Source of the DNA: Octopus sinensis
Taxonomy: Eukaryota
NCBI RefSeq assembly: GCF_006345805.1
Contig: NW_021832796.1
Span: forward strand, 1-39,541
Direction: 5' to 3'
Length of the DNA: 39,541 nucleotides
Positions within the stretch are counted from its first letter, which is position 1. The number at the start of each line of letters is the position of its first letter. The position numbers and the translations under genes are program-made. Below, in pieces: positions 10,229-22,500 of this stretch. The notes under the pieces were generated by a model. It was given only the letters and a program-made list of their open reading frames with translations. It did not search any database and was not told the DNA's origin.

Positions 10229-10963
10229 GAATTACATGAACATATATATACATACGCACGCACACAACTGTGTGTATGTGCGTGACTGACTATGGAGAAA
10301 TCAAACAACCAATAACCAGCATTTATGCCTGCTATCATATATACATATAAGCATGTGTGTGTATATGCTTTTATATGTGTGGGTTTGAGTATGTGTATGC
10401 GCGTATGCACATGTTAGAGGGTTTGACGTCCATCAGGCAATCGTAGTTTCATAACGGTTTGGGAATCTTCGGAGAGTGGCCACTAAAAATCATTACTCTA
10501 CAAATGCATTGAGTTCTTTCTTTCTTAAAAGCAGCAGTACAATAATTCTTTTTGATAAATTTTTATCCCCGCCCCACACAAACTCACTCATTCACTCCTA
10601 CACACACACACACGTTTAAATAAGAAAATTTAGAATTACTGGTAATGGTCAGAGGCGTGAATTTGAAAATCAAAGATGAACAATATTATATGAAATGACA
10701 TAAAATATAAATTCTTGATTTATTGAAATTATCTTCGCTTCCGGAAACGGTAGACCAGTCATTTGGTGCCAACTCTAAGTGAGAACGGGAAAATAATCTG
10801 AAGAATCGCGAATTCTCCAAAATTTCACATGCAGTTAAGGAAAAGAAAAAACAAAACGTTTGGTATATGAAGACAAGAGGTCAGCTGTGGACACATTTTT
10901 CTACATGAACAGGCGCCGTCTGTACAGCCGTTGTTCTATCCGATCTTCTGCAGACTTGTCACT

Positions 10964-11019
<56 letters not shown>

Positions 11020-11020
<1 letters not shown>

Positions 11021-11185
11021 GCACACATTTTTTCTCTCCTTGTTTTTTCTGTGCCCCTTTCTGTAGAAGAGCGTAGGCTCGAAACGTAAAATACTTTTTC
11101 TATTCCTGAGCGTTATACTAATACATCTGGTTGTTTTGTACACCACCTGTCTTCGTATTTTTTTTTTTTTCGTAAACTCTCCCTA
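11020..11185 (+). mobile_element. TA-flanked ~165-bp non-autonomous element with degenerate hammerhead (11057-11092)
   Basis: CTTT-CTGTAGA-A-GAGC-GTAG-GCTC-GAAAC-GTA-AAAT; flanked by (TA)n and (TAGA)n. Confidence 0.55.
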
Positions 11186-11449
11186 TATAGATAGATAGAT
11201 AGATAAAAAGAGAACACCTTAATGGCTTGGGTAATTTAGATGAATGAGCAGAAAATTAGTTAAAAGAAGTAACTCAGAGTGGTCAATAGCAATCCTTTTC
11301 GGGCACACCTGTCAATTAATGAACTGTTATGGAAAGTGATAAGCTAATGATATAAATCGAAATTTTTGCTCTGAAGCACTTCCCAAGAAATCCTGTCTAG
11401 AGTGAACTCCGAACCCCCAAACCGCAGCCCCTTTCAACCATTTCTACTG

Positions 11450-11995
11450 TACGGACAAGGCTTGAGATTTTGGGGAGAGACTCTTAGTCAATTACATCGA
11501 CTCCAGAACATGACTGGTACTTACTTTTTATCAACCTCGAAGGGGATCAAAGGCAAGATCAATCTTGGCAGAATTAGGACCCAGAACGTAAAGCCGGAAG
11601 GAATGTCTCCAAGCACTTTGTCCGGCGTGCTAACTATTCTGCCAGCTTGCTGCCTTAAACAACAACACTATAATAATAATCCTTTCTACTACAGGTATAA
11701 AAATTGAAATTTTAGTATGGAGGGAGAAGTCGATTACATGGGACCACGGTGCAAAAGTTGAAAGTCAACCTCGGTTGCATACGGCACTATGGAATAGTGC
11801 CTGAAAATTGTGGGCAAGGGTTAAATTGATTACATTGACCCCAGTGCTCAACTGATATATATTTTATTGATTCTGAAAGGATGAAAGGCAAAGTCGACCT
11901 CGGCGGAATTTGAACTCAGAACGTAAAGACCAATGAAATACCGCTTATCATTTTTCTCCGGTAGACTAACGAACCTTCCAGCTCCACACTTTAAA
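11450..11995 (-). mobile_element. Three diverged SINE copies (about 11450-11657, 11675-11775, 11799-11995), tail type B
   Basis: Reverse complements of the main SINE (GAAAGGATGAAAGGCAAAGTCGACCTCGGCGGAATTTGAACTCAGAACGTA). Confidence 0.75.
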
Positions 11996-12003
11996 GCTCT
12001 AGG

Positions 12004-12133
<130 letters not shown>

Positions 12134-12379
12134 AATCCCACTCTCTAAACTGGTTCTCGTCGATACAAAAAGGATAAAATGTAAAATGAACCTCGACAGG
12201 ATTTGAACACAAAACAGAAGCTGCTTCAAATAAAACCCGCACCATATTTTATCTGAAACTCTAACCAATCTGCTACTGCGTCTATTTTCGCTGACGCCAT
12301 TTTTTTTTTTTAATCTCTTTCTTACTTGGCAATTCTAAGTTCTGGAGAGTCGATTTAACGTTGTGTTGTTGTTCGGCAG

Positions 12380-12436
12380 GGAAACAGGGAGATTGTCTTT
12401 GACACAATGCGAACGTGTTCCTTCAAACGGGAATAT
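12380..12436 (+). CDS. Candidate 57-nt coding exon (GNREIVFDTMRTCSFKREY), gene unidentified
   Basis: Branch-like TTTAAC, T-rich tract and CAG acceptor; TAT|GTAAAC donor; open frame; differences from the duplicate at 13475 fall mostly at third codon positions. Confidence 0.3.
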
Positions 12437-12455
12437 GTAAACTAGAACTTTTCTA

Positions 12456-12572
<117 letters not shown>

Positions 12573-13474
12573 CATGTGGCCAAACATATATATGCATATA
12601 TATACATACATATATATGTATTTGCATATATGTACATAATATTATGTATATTTGCATATATATATACATGCACACACAAACACACACATATATACATATA
12701 TGTATATACATATATATATATATACATACATATACATACAAAAATATTTTCGCATGCATATATATGTGCATTGCATATGAATACTTATGCAAAAATTTAC
12801 TATATATATGTGTGTGTGTTTTGTGTGTGTATGCATATGTATGTGTGTTTGTGTATGTGATGTCCCATAAGTAAAGAAGCATTTAAGCACCAATATAATG
12901 TCAACTGCTGCCTTACTTGTGAGAAACCTGGTAAATACCTGGTAAAAATAAACGTGCATATTTCTATACATATCTACTCACACCTAAAACTACATAGACG
13001 CACACACACACAGATACATACACACACATATTCAAAATAATACATACATATACCTACACACATACATGTATTTATAGAGAGAAGAATAATGATTTTCAAA
13101 CATGCGACAGAGTTTGCATAGTTTATTAATTTTTTATATTCATTTGAAGTATGTTTAGATTAAAATATAAAATGAAGAAATAAAACATAATATTAAAAAT
13201 GAAAAAAAAAAAATGATAGCAGTGACGTATTGACTGTTCTTCAAAGAGATTTTCATTGGAGTCTCTTTTTAAATAAACACTACTTGAGAAGCCATTATAT
13301 TTATGTTAACAGTAGCCTTCTTTCCTACATTCTTTCATTCTATCATTCTACCATTCAGCCATTCATTCATTCTTTCATTCTTTGTTTCTTTCCTGGCTGA
13401 ATCTCTTTCTTTTCCGTTTTTTTTTCCTTGCCATCTGACGATTCCAAGTTTTAACGTTGTGTTCTGTTTGGCAG

Positions 13475-13523
13475 TGAAATTGTCTTTGATACAATATGAG
13501 CATGTTCCTTCAAACGGGAATAT
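13475..13523 (+). pseudogene. Degenerate duplicate of the 12380 exon candidate
   Basis: EIVFDTI*ACSFKREY; 8-nt deletion at the acceptor and CGA>TGA at 13497-13499; flanking intron-like sequence also conserved. Confidence 0.3.
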
Positions 13524-14169
13524 GTAAACTAGAACCTTTTCTAAATAATATAAAAAAATCTCTCATACTGTTTAATGGCAAAACCTGTTTATTTGTTTTT
13601 ATTTGTTTATGTATTTATTTACTTATTTGTTTCTTTTATTGCATGTATATTTATCTGTTTTATTATTTTTTTAATATTTTTCATTCCTTTTCTTTTATCA
13701 TTTTAAAAAAAAAACTTTCCCTAGGTTTTGATTCGAAACTCTGGCTCCTATAAGAGACAGCTTTTTCAGCATTTATAACTCAAAATTCCGTACAGACAGT
13801 AACATCTCTCCCTCTCTCCCTCTTCAGCAAATATGGCTTGTATTATCTGATGCGAATCCCCTGTGGCTTAAGAAAGAAATTATTCTTATTATCACTGTTG
13901 TTTACTTTTAATCTGCACGTTTGATGCAATCACTTGTCGGGACATACCTAGCACCCTAGGGCAAGTGAAGGTTAAGAGATGTTGAAATATAACTGAAAGC
14001 TTAGCGAGGGCAAGTGGCGAAAGCAGTAGATGAATACCTCTATATAATACAACACAAACGATTAAATTGATAGTGTTTTTTTAAGGATATGGGTAGTACC
14101 TGTCAACACAATCTTTTGGATTTCCTTGAGACATGGTTCTCCTGGGATGTGGTTTAAATGTTTCTGGCG

Positions 14170-14212
14170 TCCTTTTATCATCATCATTATTATTATTATT
14201 ATTATATTATTA

Positions 14213-14257
<45 letters not shown>

Positions 14258-14275
14258 CATTATTATTATTATTAC
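14170..14275. repeat. (TTA)n microsatellite
   Basis: Directly visible. Confidence 0.97.
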
Positions 14276-15016
14276 TGCATTGACTCTGGTTCGGTCTTAT
14301 TCCTGGTAGGATTTATGTGGGTTATCGGTTACTAGCGGTAACCTTAGGTATCCACTAGATTTCAATAGTCTTTCAAGTGCTTAGAACACTTCTTATAATC
14401 TTTCCTGTCCCTTATTATATCTGTTATTATTATTGAGTGAGAGAACAGTGCATGCCATCAAGTTGACACTGGGGTACAAATATACGGAGCCTAATATACC
14501 CATCATGACTACTCGTCTGATAAGGGTACACCAGGCACATGCATCACAGCCACATGTGCAGGACATGGTGATCTTAAACAGAGCATGACCTTGCAGATAG
14601 GGCCCAGAATGTTCTGCCATTTTGGAGTTTCCTGGTATCTGAGACAGGTAGCAATCAGTCCCTTTTGCTATAATTCCTAGGGCACCTATGACAACAGGTA
14701 TTGTTTTAGTCTTGAGGTTCTACATTTTGCCAATTTCTGTTTAAAGATCTTTATACTTGCTCAGGTTTTGGTAGGTCTTGACAGATACATTTATGTCGAT
14801 TGGGACAGTCATATTAATGAGGAAGCATGGTTTTTGTCTGAAATCTTTCAATATAATGCCTGGCCTATTTGCAACTATCGTTCTGTTAGTTTGATCAGTA
14901 AAGTTCCAGAGGAATGAGATGTGATCATTTTCAAGCACTGGAGGTGGTTTGTGTTCTCACCAGTTTTTATCATTTGGCAGCTCCAGATCTTTGCAAATTA
15001 CCCAATGAATATATTC
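14276..15016 (-). mobile_element. 3' end of R4/Dong-type non-LTR retrotransposon (restriction-like endonuclease domain + 3' UTR), copy 1
   Basis: IHWVICKDL...HKPPPVLENDHISFLW...ANRPGIILKD...VPIDIN...KYKDL...IPVVIGALG; 3' end runs into (TAA)n; nested element at 14435-14610. Confidence 0.85.
14435..14610 (-). mobile_element. 5'-truncated copy of non-autonomous element X nested in the R4 element at a short (TAA)3
   Basis: Matches the 3' part of 16077-16536. Confidence 0.8.
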
Positions 15017-15020
15017 TAAT

Positions 15021-15143
15021 GAGGTCAGCTTTGCCTTTTATCCTTTCGGGATCGATAAATTAAGTACCAGTGAAACACGAGTCGATATAATGGACTACGC
15101 CCCTCCACCAAAATTTCAGGCCTTATGCTTTTAGTAGAAAGGA
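15021..15143 (+). mobile_element. 5'-truncated SINE (tail type B) followed by (TTA)n
   Basis: GAGGTCAGCTTTGCCTTTTATCC...CAGGCCTTATGCTTTTAGTAGAAAGGA. Confidence 0.8.
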
Positions 15144-15180
15144 TTATTATTATTATTATTATCATTATTATTATTATTAC

Positions 15181-16043
15181 TGCATTGACTCTGGTTCGGT
15201 CTTATTCCTGGTAGGATTTATGTGGGTTATCGGTTACTAGCGGTAACCTTAGGTATCCACTAGATTTCAATAGTCTTTCAAGTGCTTAGAACACTTCTTA
15301 TAATCTTCCTGTCCCTTATTATATCTGTTATTATTATTGAGTGAGAGAGCAGTTCATGCCATCAAAGTGACACTGGGGTAAAATATACGAAGCCCAATAT
15401 ACCCATCATGACTACTCGTCTGATAAGGGTACACCAGGCACATGCATCACAGCCACATGTGCAGGACATGGTGATCTTAAACAGAGCATGACCTTGCAGA
15501 TAGGGCCAGAATGTTCTGCCATTTTGGAGTTTCCTGGTATCTGAGACAGGTAGCAATCAGTCCCTTTTGCTATAATTCCTAGGGCACCTATGACAACAGG
15601 TATTGTTTTAGTCTTGAGGTTCTACATTTTGCCAATTTCTGTTTAAAGATCTTTATACTTGCCCAGTTTTTGGTAGGTCTTGACAGATACATTTATGTCG
15701 ATTGGGACAGTCATATTAATGAGGAAGCATGGTTTTTGTCTGAAATCTTTCAATATAATGCCTGGCCTATTTGCAACTATCGTTCTGTTAGTTGATCAGT
15801 AAAGTTCCAGAGGAATGAGATGTGATCATTTTCAAGCACTGGAGGTGGTTTGTGTTCTCACCAGTTTTTATCATTTGGCAGCTCCAGATCTTTGCAAATT
15901 ACCCAATGAATATATTCTAATGAGGTCAGCTTTGCCTTTTATCCTTTCGGGATCGATAAATTAAGTACCAGTGAAACACGAGTCGATATAATGGACTACG
16001 CCCCTCCACCAAAATTTCAGGCCTTATGCTTTTAGTAGAAAGG

Positions 16044-16044
<1 letters not shown>
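15181..16044. repeat. Near-identical tandem duplicate (period ~905 bp) of 14276-15143 (R4 3' end + X + SINE)
   Basis: TGCATTGACTCTGG at 14276 and 15181; colinear with few substitutions and indels. Confidence 0.92.
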
Positions 16045-16076
<32 letters not shown>

Positions 16077-16533
16077 GAGTGAGAGAGCAGTTCATGCCAT
16101 CAAAGTGACACTGGGGTAAAATATACGAAGCCCAATATACCCATCATGACTACCCGTCTGATAAGGGTACACCAGGCACATGCATCACAACCATATGTGC
16201 GCGACATGGTGATCTCATATCAAGATAAACAGCACATGACCTTGCAGGTGGGGCCCAGTTAGAATTTTCTTCAGGTTGAGTAGCCCATCCTGCTCAAACG
16301 GTCCCTGAATAAGGGTTGCTTTAGGATGTTGAACGAAACACCTATGTTTCCAGAGGTGAACCATTCAAACTCCAAAGAATCCCTCTCAACACATGGCCAT
16401 GATGCTCCCCCACTACTTCTGCTCGTGATCAGAGATGCACATATCGTCAGCCACTAAGGGACATGCTCAACTGGTTAAGGTCAAACAACTGACAAGCAAA
16501 TCTGTGGTATTGAGCAGAATATTTGCTGTAGCC

Positions 16534-16536
<3 letters not shown>
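16077..16536 (-). mobile_element. Non-autonomous ~460-bp element X inside a (TAA)n array
   Basis: Flanked both sides by (TTA)n; no recognisable coding capacity; 3' end GTCACTTTGATGGCATGAACTGCTCTCTCACTC(AAT)n. Confidence 0.75.
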
Positions 16537-16573
<37 letters not shown>

Positions 16574-16599
16574 GTTGTTGTTGTTGTTGTTGTTGTTGA

Positions 16600-17390
16600 A
16601 TGAGCGAGTGAGCAGTACACGCCACCAAAGTGACGTCCTGCAGCACCCGTAGATACTTGCAACCTTGGTTATTTCTCAGCGATCTAATGATATTGTTTCG
16701 GTTGTAATTCTGTACAATCAGAGTTTATCATTCACTCCACATTCCATAATTAACACTGCATACTAATTTATCCCAAACTGCATTCCAATATTCTTGCTGA
16801 ATACTCTTACTGTTTGAATTTGAGAATCCAGGTTTTTAGTACGTTTTGTTTAGTTGATGCCATCCATATATATCTTGGTTTTGGTAAGCTCATACGTAGG
16901 TTTGGATTTTCTCAGCATCCTTGTCTGAGGGATTAACGAAATGGCGAAAAGTAATGGAGAGAACGAATCTCCTTGGAATATCCCACTGCATACTTTCACA
17001 TTTCCAAACGATTCATTTGCACATGTTCGACTTCCAACGCTCAAAAAGCTGGTTATCACCTCATTGACTCCGTGCGTCCTGAGGAACTCCAAGAGCCAGC
17101 AGTTGTGAACATTGTCGTGACAACAGCTAAAGTCTTCTTTCTTATTCGTATCACATTCAGTATCCTACTATCGATTATACAACAGATCATCAGTTCTCCT
17201 TGATCGGTTTCTGCATTCCTTTTGGTCCTCTGACAATAGGTTCTTTAGAAAGCTGTATATTTCATTCACAGATTACTCTCTGTTGCAAACATTTGTGCAA
17301 GGTCTCTGAGAGTTATTTCCTTCTGTTTTTCCACCAGCGTTAAATGCCCTGCAAAAGGTTATAAATGCTACACTCCCGCGTTTGAACAAT
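16600..17390 (-). mobile_element. R4/Dong-type LINE RT fragment joined to an X-like 3' terminus
   Basis: HCWLLEFL...GIFQGDSFSPLLFAISLIP...IYMDGI...IGMQFG...CKYLRVLQD; decayed. Confidence 0.85.
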
Positions 17391-18149
17391 TCGTATATAA
17401 ACGTCTCACTGTCCAATCTTTTTATGATAAAAAGAAACAAAATCAGGGAAAAAATCAGTCATTAACCTAGATAAAAGGCGTTCTGTTTGATGTGATCGTA
17501 AAACAGAGTACCAAAGATCAGCTGAATAGGAAGAGAAAATTGTGATTGTGTGCGTGTGTTCACTCGATACATTAGAATATTTAAAGAGTATTTGTTGATC
17601 ATCCGACATGAAAGAATAATCACCTATTAAAGCGGTACTTGTATTTAATTAAGCTGAGACTAACATATGTTGTGAACCAGAAAAAAATGTTCCTAATTAA
17701 CTACATTTGTATCTATAGAGCAGAGAAATAACGACAGCTTTAATAAAACCTCAAACTGAAACAGTTATACAAAAAAAAAAAAAAGAAAAAACGGTACCAC
17801 GGAAGGGACGAAGGAATAGAGGGAGACATAGGCCTCCCCTTTGAGAAACACTGATATAACCTAAATTTGAGACACCAGCAATAGAAGAAATAAAGACAGA
17901 TTTTTTTTCTATTCAAAAGAAAAACTGAAGAGTTTAAAGTACCAGTAATGATAAGGCTTTTGACTGGGAGAACACAAACATGGTTTAAACAGTAAGCTTG
18001 GCAGGAAAGAAACGTGTTTTCTTTTCATTAAAAAATAATTAAGCATGCCTTTATTTCAATAAAATTTTTGGTTTTGTTAAATGAAGTTGAGGCAAAAAAA
18101 AAAAAACTTCTTGAGAAACCAAATGGTCTTTCCTTCATGCCATTCACGT

Positions 18150-20240
18150 TAAGGATGTCTGAATGATATCTCAGTGGTTCACAAGGAAACACGGTTTCTT
18201 TGTGGATGACTTGAAACTATATGCAAAGAATATGTATGTAATGAAAAGCTCCTTGACCTGGTTATAACATTCCCAAAGGATATATGGTTGGAGTTTGGTT
18301 AGAATAAATGTTGCTATATGGTTGTAAAAAGAGGGAAAACATCTTTATCAATGACTTAACTCTTTCACCTGTGTCTGATGAAGAATGTTACAGGTATCTA
18401 GATGTGGATGAAAACATCTTACAATGGCACCTGTAGCAAATCACGTATCACTGAAGGATATTAGAGCCGAATAAAGAAAATTTGAACCCCGGAACTTTCT
18501 GCATTCAATAAAACAGTGGCCCACAATGTGTTTGCAGTGCCATTACTCATACCAACATTTGGGATGGTTGATTGGACGCTTGATGAGATCCGAGACATCG
18601 ATAGGAAATACTAACCAGCACACACAATTTCCACATCAACAGTGACATCGACCCCCTCTACTTAAACGAAAACAAAGCGGCAGAGGCTTAACATCGATCC
18701 AAAATGCCTTTGAAAGTAGTATCATATCCCTTTGGCAAGATCTTTTAATCACCAAGAGTCGAAGTGCATCCCTTGCAAGTTTGCATAGATGAGGCTGATT
18801 ATGTAAGACTTGGAAGGCAGCTCCTTGGGCAGCAGTCCTTGTCTGATAATCTTAAATACATGCTCAAAGGAGTCGCCCGACTCTACCGCAACGAATCATC
18901 AAATGAAAGGATGAGCATAGATGAGTAGAGGTCGATAAATGGACATGTTATTAGAAAGCCCGGAGATAATAGTAACATTGATCAACAAAGCAGTTTATCC
19001 AACAACCGGATTACTACCTCCCACTTTGAAGGGCATGCATTTGCAATCGAGGAACAGGAAATATCAATCTGATGCACAAAAGGGACAGAGATGCTGGAAA
19101 ATCAGTAAAATGTGACAACCGATGCAGACTTTGTGGAGTCAACACTGAAAATATCAACCCACATCATAAGCAGTTGTCCGGAAATATCATGGTATTATCT
19201 ACATCATGATATTAATTACCGATAGGACACTGTATACAGAGATTTTTCAAAAGGATAACCCAGAGGAGAAAGATATTAGAACCCACAATATGTATTTCTT
19301 TACTACCCACAAGGGGCTAAACACAGAGAGGACAAACAAGGACAGACAAACGGATTAAGACGATTACATCGACCCCAGTGCGTAACTGGTACTTAATTTA
19401 TCGACCCCGAAAGGATGAAAAGCAAAGTTGACCTCGGCGGAATTTGAACTCAAAACGTAACGGCAGACGAAATACGGCTACTCATTTCGCCCGGCGTGCT
19501 AACGATTCTGCCAAAGCGATAGCTACTCATAGTCTAAAGGACTATTGGTGGAATGTCTCAGTGAAAACCCTAATAAAATGTAAACAAAATGCACCAGGTA
19601 TAATGATTTAGGACAGAGAAGAGAAACTATAGTTGAAGAAATCGGCTGCCTAATGGATGTTAACATAAAGTTGAAGATCAGCGAAAAAGAGAATACCTAC
19701 GCTGAACTTTGCAGTTACTCGATCGAAATTACAAGTTCAGGTTTATACCTATAATTATTGGGGCCCTGGGATATGTAACACACTGCCTAAATACCAATCT
19801 TGAGAAATTAGTCTTCTCAAAACCAGAAAGAAGAAAGTTGATTCAAAGACTATAGATCCAAGCCATCAGTGGAACTGTAAAATCTGTAAAACTTTCCAGA
19901 AGTTTATCACTTAAATATATATGAGCATGTCTAGATATGCAAGCATATGCAGAAGACATACATAAAACAAAACATACAAATCTGCACGCATACATACATA
20001 CATACATACATACAAAAATATCCTGTTTGTTGATGTTAAAATTTTACTGAAGGAACCTTGGACCTAGGTTAGAAATCGGCTCTTTCGCTATTGGCAAGAA
20101 ATCTTGAAATAAAACTGAACAATCACATACATACATATATTCATACAAAAATATCCTGTATATGATATTGAAATTTCGATGGGGGGGGGTCCTAGATCTA
20201 AGTTAGAAACCGGCTCTTTCTGTATTGGCAAGAAATCTTG
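18150..20240 (+). mobile_element. Decayed R4-clade (RLE) LINE: RT C-term, CCHC finger, endonuclease, 3' UTR with (CATA)n and a duplicated 133-bp terminal unit
   Basis: FVDDLKLYAK, AVPLLIPTFG..DWT..EI..IDRK, CRLCG...E...HIISSC, FIPIIIGALG, KTFQKF*. Confidence 0.85.
19293..19513 (-). mobile_element. SINE (tail type A) inserted in the R4 LINE
   Basis: Reverse complement of the main SINE. Confidence 0.88.
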
Positions 20241-20688
20241 TGTGTATATGTAGATATATATTTATATTCTGCAGAATTTAATGTAAATATTTTTTTAATG
20301 TTATTCTGAATCGATGTTGTTTCAAAATAAAAGCTGTGTTTTTTCTTATCTGTGATACTTTAAATAACACTTATGTTTTTTTTTAAATCTATGTTAGTTG
20401 AAATATCTATTTTGGCTTATCTACATAATTTTAGAGTCAAATTGAATTAACGAAAGCTCGGAGAGATAGCACATACGGTTACATACAGATGCCTACAATT
20501 ACACGTACACCCGAATATATCTCCATTCAGACTCCTCTCTCTGTCTGTCTGTCTGTCTGTCTCGCTTTCTCTCTCTCCCTCGCCGTGCACAAATACATGC
20601 ACATGTATGTTCGCATGTACCTTCACATGTATCACCGGCAAGTGTCCCGTACTCAAACTTTTTTACCAAATATTCCTGCTATACTGCA

Positions 20689-21881
20689 TCTGGCGAGCTG
20701 GCAGAATCGTTAGCACGCCGGGCAAAATGCCTAGCCGTATTTCGTCTGCCGTTACGTTATGAGTTCAAATTCCGCCGAGGTCGACTTTGCTTTTCATCTT
20801 TCGGGGTCGATAAATTAATTACCAGTTACGCACTGGGGTCGATGTAATTTTGACAATGGACCTCATCCAGACCTTACAGTGCAACTGTCTGTTTAACTTA
20901 ACATTATAATCTATATATTTCTTTGCTACCCGCAAGGGGCTAAACACTGAGAGGACAAACAAGGACAGACAAACGGATTAAGTTGATTATATCGACCCCA
21001 GTGCGTAACTGGTACTTAATTTATCGACCCCGAAAGGATGAAAGGCAAAGTCGACCTCGGCGGAATTTGAAATCACAACGTAACGGCAGACGAAATACGG
21101 CTACCGTTGCGTTGTGATTTCAAATTCCGCCGAGGTCGACTTTGCCTTTCATCTTTTCGGGGTCGATAAATTAAGTACCAGTTACGCATTGGGGTCGAAA
21201 TAATAAACTTAATCCGTTTGTCTGTCCTTGTTTGTCCCCTCTGTGTTTAGCCCCTTGTGGATAGTAAAAAAATATAATTATAATTTATAATTAAGGCGGC
21301 GAGCTGGCAGAAACGTTAGCACATCGGCCGAAATGCTTAGCGATATTTCGTCTGCCGTTACGTTCTGAGTTCAAATTCCGCCGAGGTCGACTTTGCCTTT
21401 CATCCTTTCGGGGTCGATAAATTAATTACCAGTTACGCACTGGGGTCGATGTAATCGACTTAATCCATTTAAAAGAATGAGGGCGGCGAGCTGGCAGAAA
21501 CGTGAGCACGCCGGGCGAAATGTGTAGCCGTATTTCGTCTGCCGTTACGTTCTGAGTTCAAATTCCACGGAGGTCGACTTTACCTTTTATCTTTTCGGGG
21601 TCAATAAATTAAGTACCAGTTACGCACTGGGATCGATGTAATCGACTTGATCCGTTTGTCTGTCTTTGTTTGTCCCCTTTTGGGTAGTAAAGAAATAGAT
21701 ATTTCGTCTGCTGTTACGTTCTGAGTTCAAATTCCGCCGAGGTCGACTTTGCCTTTCACCCTTTCGGGGTCGATAAATTAAGTACCAGTTACGCACTGGG
21801 GTCGATGTAATCGAGTTAATCCGTTTATCTGTCCTTGTTTGTCCCCTCTATGTTTAGCCCCTTGTGAGCAATAAAGAAATA
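20689..21881. mobile_element. Dense SINE cluster: + 20689-20848; - 20916-21103; + 21104-21275; + 21293-21470; + 21481-21881 (two bodies)
   Basis: Six SINE bodies recognisable by GAGGTCGACTTT...CGGGGTC motifs. Confidence 0.9.
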
Positions 21882-21905
21882 TATAATTTATAATTAAGGC
21901 GGCGA

Positions 21906-22500
21906 TTGAAGCTTCCAGAATACAACAACAGAACTGGTGGGGCCAAGGGCTAGAGATCATAATCCAAGCGGCTCCACAGTCGTTAGAAGAAATTACTGAG
22001 AACATTCACATCGGAGAAGAAACCACCTTGCGGGTAATGGTGGAGGGCAGGAAACCCAGAAGCTACGAATGTGGCGAAAAAGGCCACATTCAGGTAAACT
22101 GCTCCACCCGCAAGGAGAAAGAAGAGGAAAAAAGAACAAAAGAAAAAGAACAAAACCAAAAGACCGACCAGCAGAACCCCGGCACTGATGGTGTTCAACA
22201 AGCCGGGGTAAAAGACAGCTGGTCGGTAGTAAGACCTCAAAAAAGGGAAAATAATAATGACAATTAAACCAACCCTACAAGAACCAAAAGAATAACTCAG
22301 GACACTCAAAGAAAAAAATACTCCACCTCACCACTATTCCTCCCCCCTCCCCCCGAAGTCAATAATATCAGATTCCTCCCCATCCTATTCCCCCCTCAGC
22401 AATGAGTCCTCCCTTGCTCCTCTAGTTCGGATCCGCCCCCTCTTCTTGACACCAACTCTCACCCGCCAAACCCAGGCAATCTGTCCCCGATATAAAGTCC
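21906..22500 (+). mobile_element. Tx1/L1-clade LINE ORF1 (gag-like) fragment with decayed zinc knuckle
   Basis: LRVMVEGRKPRSYECGEKGHIQVNC (Cx2Cx4Hx4C with the first C lost), followed by K/E-rich and P-rich segments. Confidence 0.7.
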
